This document shows positions 60,613 through 64,000 of a stretch of DNA of 64,000 nt, piece after piece (position 1 is the first letter of the stretch; each line of letters begins with the position of its first letter). Both the position numbers and the translations under genes were made by a program. The DNA comes from an uncultured delta proteobacterium (GTDB lineage: Bacteria; Desulfobacterota; RBG-13-43-22). The DNA lies in contig CAVQFQ010000017.1 of the NCBI GenBank assembly GCA_963711835.1, positions 576,001 through 640,000 of the forward strand, written 5' to 3'. The notes under the pieces were generated by a model. That model was not told where the DNA came from. It did not search any database and saw only the letters and a list, made by a program, of their open reading frames with translations.

Positions 60613-61558
60613 CTATTCCCGTCTAATCTTCATGGGCACCCCCGATTTTGCCCTGCCCTGCTTAAAGGCCCTCTTGCAGGCCAAAGAGGAGGTGGTTGCC
60701 GTTTATACGCAGCCGGATCGTCCCCGAGGACGGGGGCAGAGGATAAGCCTTTCTCCGGTCAAAGAGTTGGCCTTGGACAGCCGCCTCCCGATCTTTCAAC
60801 CCAAAACCCTCAGGGACTCGTCCCTTCTCAGGCAATTGGCGGAACATAAACCGGATCTCTTAATCGTGGTCGCCTATGGTTTGATCCTCCCCCAAGAGGT
60901 TCTGGACATCCCGACCTGGGGGGCCGTCAATGTCCATGCCTCCTTATTGCCCAAATATCGGGGGGCGGCCCCGATTCAGTGGGCCATTATTAAAGGTGAA
61001 AAAGAGACCGGCGTTACCACCATGCGCCTGGATGCCGGTATGGACACCGGAGATCTGCTCTTCCAGCAACCCCTGCCGATCCTGGAAACCGATACCACCC
61101 AGAGCCTGCAGGATCGGCTTTCCGAAGCCGGCGCGTCCTTATTGCTCCAGACTCTCACCGCCCTTCGCCAGGGCACCTTAGTCCCCTTTCCCCAGGACCC
61201 CCGCCTAGCCAGCTATTCCCCCCCCTTAAAAAAAGAACAGGGGGAAATCAATTGGGAACTGTCGGCCCGGGAAATAAACGGTTGGGTAAGAGGCTTAACC
61301 CCCTGGCCGGGTGCCTTTACTTTTTGCCGGGGAAAACGATTGCTCTTGCATCTGGCCTCACCCGAAACGGAAAACGATCGCGGGATCCTGGGAACCATTC
61401 ACTCTCTGCCTGAAGGATTGATTCGAGTCCAGACCGGCCAGGGGTTATTGGTCTTGAAAGAAGTTCAGTTGGAGGGCCATCGCCGGGTCTCGTCCCAAGA
61501 ATTTTTGAAAGGGTTCCCCCTCAAGGTCGGAGATCGCCTGGGCCGCCGATGGCCTTGA
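60599..61558 (+). CDS. fmt: Methionyl-tRNA formyltransferase
   Basis: FMGTPDFA, TQPDRP.GRG and NVHASLLPKYRGAAPI motifs. Confidence 0.97.
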   Translation: MNRSNYSRLIFMGTPDFALPCLKALLQAKEEVVAVYTQPDRPRGRGQRISLSPVKELALDSRLPIFQPKTLRDSSLLRQLAEHKPDLLIVVAYGLILPQEVLDIPTWGAVNVHASLLPKYRGAAPIQWAIIKGEKETGVTTMRLDAGMDTGDLLFQQPLPILETDTTQSLQDRLSEAGASLLLQTLTALRQGTLVPFPQDPRLASYSPPLKKEQGEINWELSAREINGWVRGLTPWPGAFTFCRGKRLLLHLASPETENDRGILGTIHSLPEGLIRVQTGQGLLVLKEVQLEGHRRVSSQEFLKGFPLKVGDRLGRRWP

Positions 61559-62901
61559 CCAGGGCCTTGGCTCTCCAGGTCTTGCTGAAGGGACACCGAA
61601 GCCAGGCCTATCCGGATCAGATCCTGCGGGAGATGCTGGACCGATATCCCGACCTTTCCCTTCGTGACCGGGCCCTGGTCTATCAATTGGTTTTAGGAGT
61701 GCTTCGCTGGCAGGGGAAGATCGACTGGATTATCCGGCAGGTTTCCCTGAGACCTCTGGAAAAGCTGTCCCTGAAGACCCTGACCATTTTGCGTTTGGGG
61801 GTATTTCAACTCTTTTTCCTATCCCGCATACCCCCTTCGGCTGCCGTTAATGAATCGGTCAACCTGGCCAAGAACGGGGAGGAATGGTCAACCGGATTCA
61901 TCAATGGGGTGCTTCGATCCATCCTTCGGAGGAAAGAGAGCTTTCCCTTTCCCACCCCGGAAGATCCTATCCCCTACTTGGCCGTTAATTATTCCCACCC
62001 GGTTTGGCTGGTGGAAGAGTGGCTCCGGATTTGGGGTTTTGAAAAAACCCGGGAATTCTGCCAGGCCAACCTGGAGATCCCGCCCGCAACCCTTCGGGTC
62101 AATACCTTGAAAATCGGCCGGGATGTGCTGCTTCCTAAATTGCGCAGGTTGGCTTCCCAGACGGAGGCTGCGGCCTACTCCCCGGAAGGGGTAAGGATGA
62201 TCTCACCCCTCAAACCTTTGCAACAGACCGAATTTTTCAAAGAAGGCCTTTTCCAGATCCAAGACGAGGCATCCCAACTTATCAGCTTTATCCTGGATCC
62301 CCAGCCCGGAGAAAGGATCTTAGACCTGTGCGCCGGTTTTGGGGGGAAAGCCTCGCATCTGGCCCAGTTGATGAAGAACCGGGGGATCATCCGGGCTGTT
62401 GACCATAATCCCAGGAAATTAAAAGATCTGATGAAAAATGTTCACCGTCTGGGGGTTTCCATCATTCAAGGCTGGGTCGGGGATGCCGCCGGAGAGGACA
62501 TTTTTCCGAAAGACAGCCCTCCCTTTGATCGTATCCTGCTCGATGCGCCCTGCACCGGCTGGGGGGTGATCAGGCGCAATCCCGACCTTAAATGGCGGCT
62601 CACAGCCGAAGACAGTCCCCGTTTAGCCGACCGGCAAAACAAGTTCTTGCAAAAAGCCGCCAACTGGCTTAAATCGAAAGGTGTTCTGGTTTATGCCACA
62701 TGTACCCTGAGCCCGACGGAAAATGAGGAAGTGGTGGCCCGGTTTTTAAAGGAACATCCGGATTTCTCGCTGGAGGATGTTTCTCCTTTTTTACCCAGGA
62801 AGGCCAAAGGACTGGTGGACGGCCAAGGGTTTTATCGGACCTGGCCTCCCCTTCATGGAACGGACGGCTTTTTTGCCGCCCGGATGATAAAAAGCGGTTA
62901 G
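61549..62901 (+). CDS. rsmB: 16S rRNA m5C967 methyltransferase RsmB/Sun
   Basis: NusB-like N-terminus; IQDEAS, DLCA..GGK, DAPCTG.G and YATC motifs. Confidence 0.95.
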   Translation: MALTRALALQVLLKGHRSQAYPDQILREMLDRYPDLSLRDRALVYQLVLGVLRWQGKIDWIIRQVSLRPLEKLSLKTLTILRLGVFQLFFLSRIPPSAAVNESVNLAKNGEEWSTGFINGVLRSILRRKESFPFPTPEDPIPYLAVNYSHPVWLVEEWLRIWGFEKTREFCQANLEIPPATLRVNTLKIGRDVLLPKLRRLASQTEAAAYSPEGVRMISPLKPLQQTEFFKEGLFQIQDEASQLISFILDPQPGERILDLCAGFGGKASHLAQLMKNRGIIRAVDHNPRKLKDLMKNVHRLGVSIIQGWVGDAAGEDIFPKDSPPFDRILLDAPCTGWGVIRRNPDLKWRLTAEDSPRLADRQNKFLQKAANWLKSKGVLVYATCTLSPTENEEVVARFLKEHPDFSLEDVSPFLPRKAKGLVDGQGFYRTWPPLHGTDGFFAARMIKSG

Positions 62902-63005
62902 CCCCCGGCAATCACCATTCAGGAAAAAAATAAACCTCCTGTGTTTGGGTAGTTGCCGATCGCTGAAAGCTGATAGCTCAACGCCAAAAATATAGGAGTT
63001 GTAAC

Positions 63006-63668
63006 ATGAGACGCATTGCCCCCTCGATACTTTCTGCAGACTTTGTTCGGCTTAAAGAAGAAATTCAGGCCGTGGAGGCCGCCGGCGCGGATTATCTTCA
63101 TATTGATGTCATGGACGGCCATTTTGTCCCCAACATCACCATTGGGCCGCCGGTAGTAGCGGCCGTCCGGAAAGTCACCCGCCTCCCTCTGGATGTACAT
63201 CTGATGATCGAAAACCCGGATCAGTATATTCCGGAATTTGCCAAGGCCGGAGCCACTATCCTGTCCGTCCACCAGGAGACCTGCCCCCACCTTAACCGAA
63301 CCATCAATCTGATCAAGGAATACGGCCTGATCCCAGCGGTAGTTTTGAATCCTTCCACCCCGATCTCCACCTTGGAGGATATCTTGGAAGAGGTGGACAT
63401 GGTCATGATCATGAGCGTCAATCCCGGTTTCGGAGGTCAGAAATTCATTCCCGGAACAATCAAGAAGATCCGCAACCTCAAAAGGATGATAAGGGAAAGG
63501 GGTTTAAACATAGATATTGAAATCGATGGAGGGGTTACTCCAAAAAATGTAGGCCAAGTCTGTGAAGCCGGGGCGGATGTGGTGGTGGCCGGTTCGGCTA
63601 TTTTTCATACCCCCGACTACCGGAAGACGATGGCCTTATTCAGGGCCGAAATGGGGGAGGGTGCCTAA
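63006..63668 (+). CDS. rpe: Ribulose-phosphate 3-epimerase
   Basis: [31 protein letters not shown] and IDGG motifs. Confidence 0.97.
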   Translation: MRRIAPSILSADFVRLKEEIQAVEAAGADYLHIDVMDGHFVPNITIGPPVVAAVRKVTRLPLDVHLMIENPDQYIPEFAKAGATILSVHQETCPHLNRTINLIKEYGLIPAVVLNPSTPISTLEDILEEVDMVMIMSVNPGFGGQKFIPGTIKKIRNLKRMIRERGLNIDIEIDGGVTPKNVGQVCEAGADVVVAGSAIFHTPDYRKTMALFRAEMGEGA

Positions 63669-63727
63669 CTTTTCGAACCCTTTTTTTAATTAATGCTGCT
63701 CCGAAAATAACCCTTTCCGGATCCCCA

Positions 63728-64000
63728 TTATTTAAGCTCAAAGAGATGAAAGGCGCAGACCACCAGCGAATGGGTGATCCCTTCATTGCCGATCAGATTT
63801 TTGATTTCGGGATAAGGCACCAGAACCACCTCAAACTCTTCACTCTCCTCGGGCGCAGCTTCCGCGATGCGTTTCACCCCTTTGGCCAGAAAGGAATGGC
63901 AGCGGTTGTTTAAAAAGGCCGGATTGGGATGGACATATCCCAGATATTCCCACTGGTCGGAGGCATAACCGGTCTCCTCCAGGAGTTCTTTCCGGGCCGC
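63728..64000 (-). CDS. NUDIX hydrolase (ADP-ribose pyrophosphatase-like), C-terminal part
   Basis: Manual translation AARKELLEETGY...HPNPAFLNNRCHSFLA...FELK*; the start lies outside the window. Confidence 0.85.
   Translation of the reverse strand, partial: AARKELLEETGYASDQWEYLGYVHPNPAFLNNRCHSFLAKGVKRIAEAAPEESEEFEVVLVPYPEIKNLIGNEGITHSLVVCAFHLFELK

Noticed and set aside
1-64000. CRISPR arrays, tRNA/rRNA genes, prophage or integrase
   Set aside because: No repeat-spacer arrays, cloverleaf or rRNA signatures, or recombinase and phage motifs were recognised by eye.

Overview
64-kb window from a deltaproteobacterial (Desulfobacterota-like) chromosome; the taxonomy is inferred from gene content. 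It holds, in order: cytochrome c biogenesis system II (resB/ccsA), a polyprenyl synthase, an hsp20-lon operon, a bS22-like basic peptide, thiDN-thiC-birA, a sigma54 response regulator, a Zn-type uptake operon, a kdp K+ pump locus, a 13-gene IclR-controlled sugar-acid catabolic island with a LarA-family epimerase, an accessory region (GNAT, isochorismatase, Spy, MqsRA-like TA pair, pirin, DUF1579, transposase remnants), a TonB-receptor/ABC metal or corrinoid uptake operon, and the housekeeping block priA-def-fmt-rsmB-rpe. Many genes carry single-base frameshifts, most likely sequencing or assembly indels. The best candidate for an undescribed system is the kdp regulatory module. There is no KdpE, and KdpD is split into a HAMP/PAS histidine kinase, a kinase-less USP-4TM-GAF protein, and a KdpD-USP protein fused to a PTS EIIA(Ntr/Fru)-type domain. 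The operon lies behind a clear sigma54 promoter with paired enhancer sites, and an NtrC/AlgB-type activator is encoded 4 kb upstream. Two candidate leader-peptide control elements were also found: a RAPP-type uORF and a QEP-stop attenuator. All family assignments come from motif recognition by eye; no database search was run.
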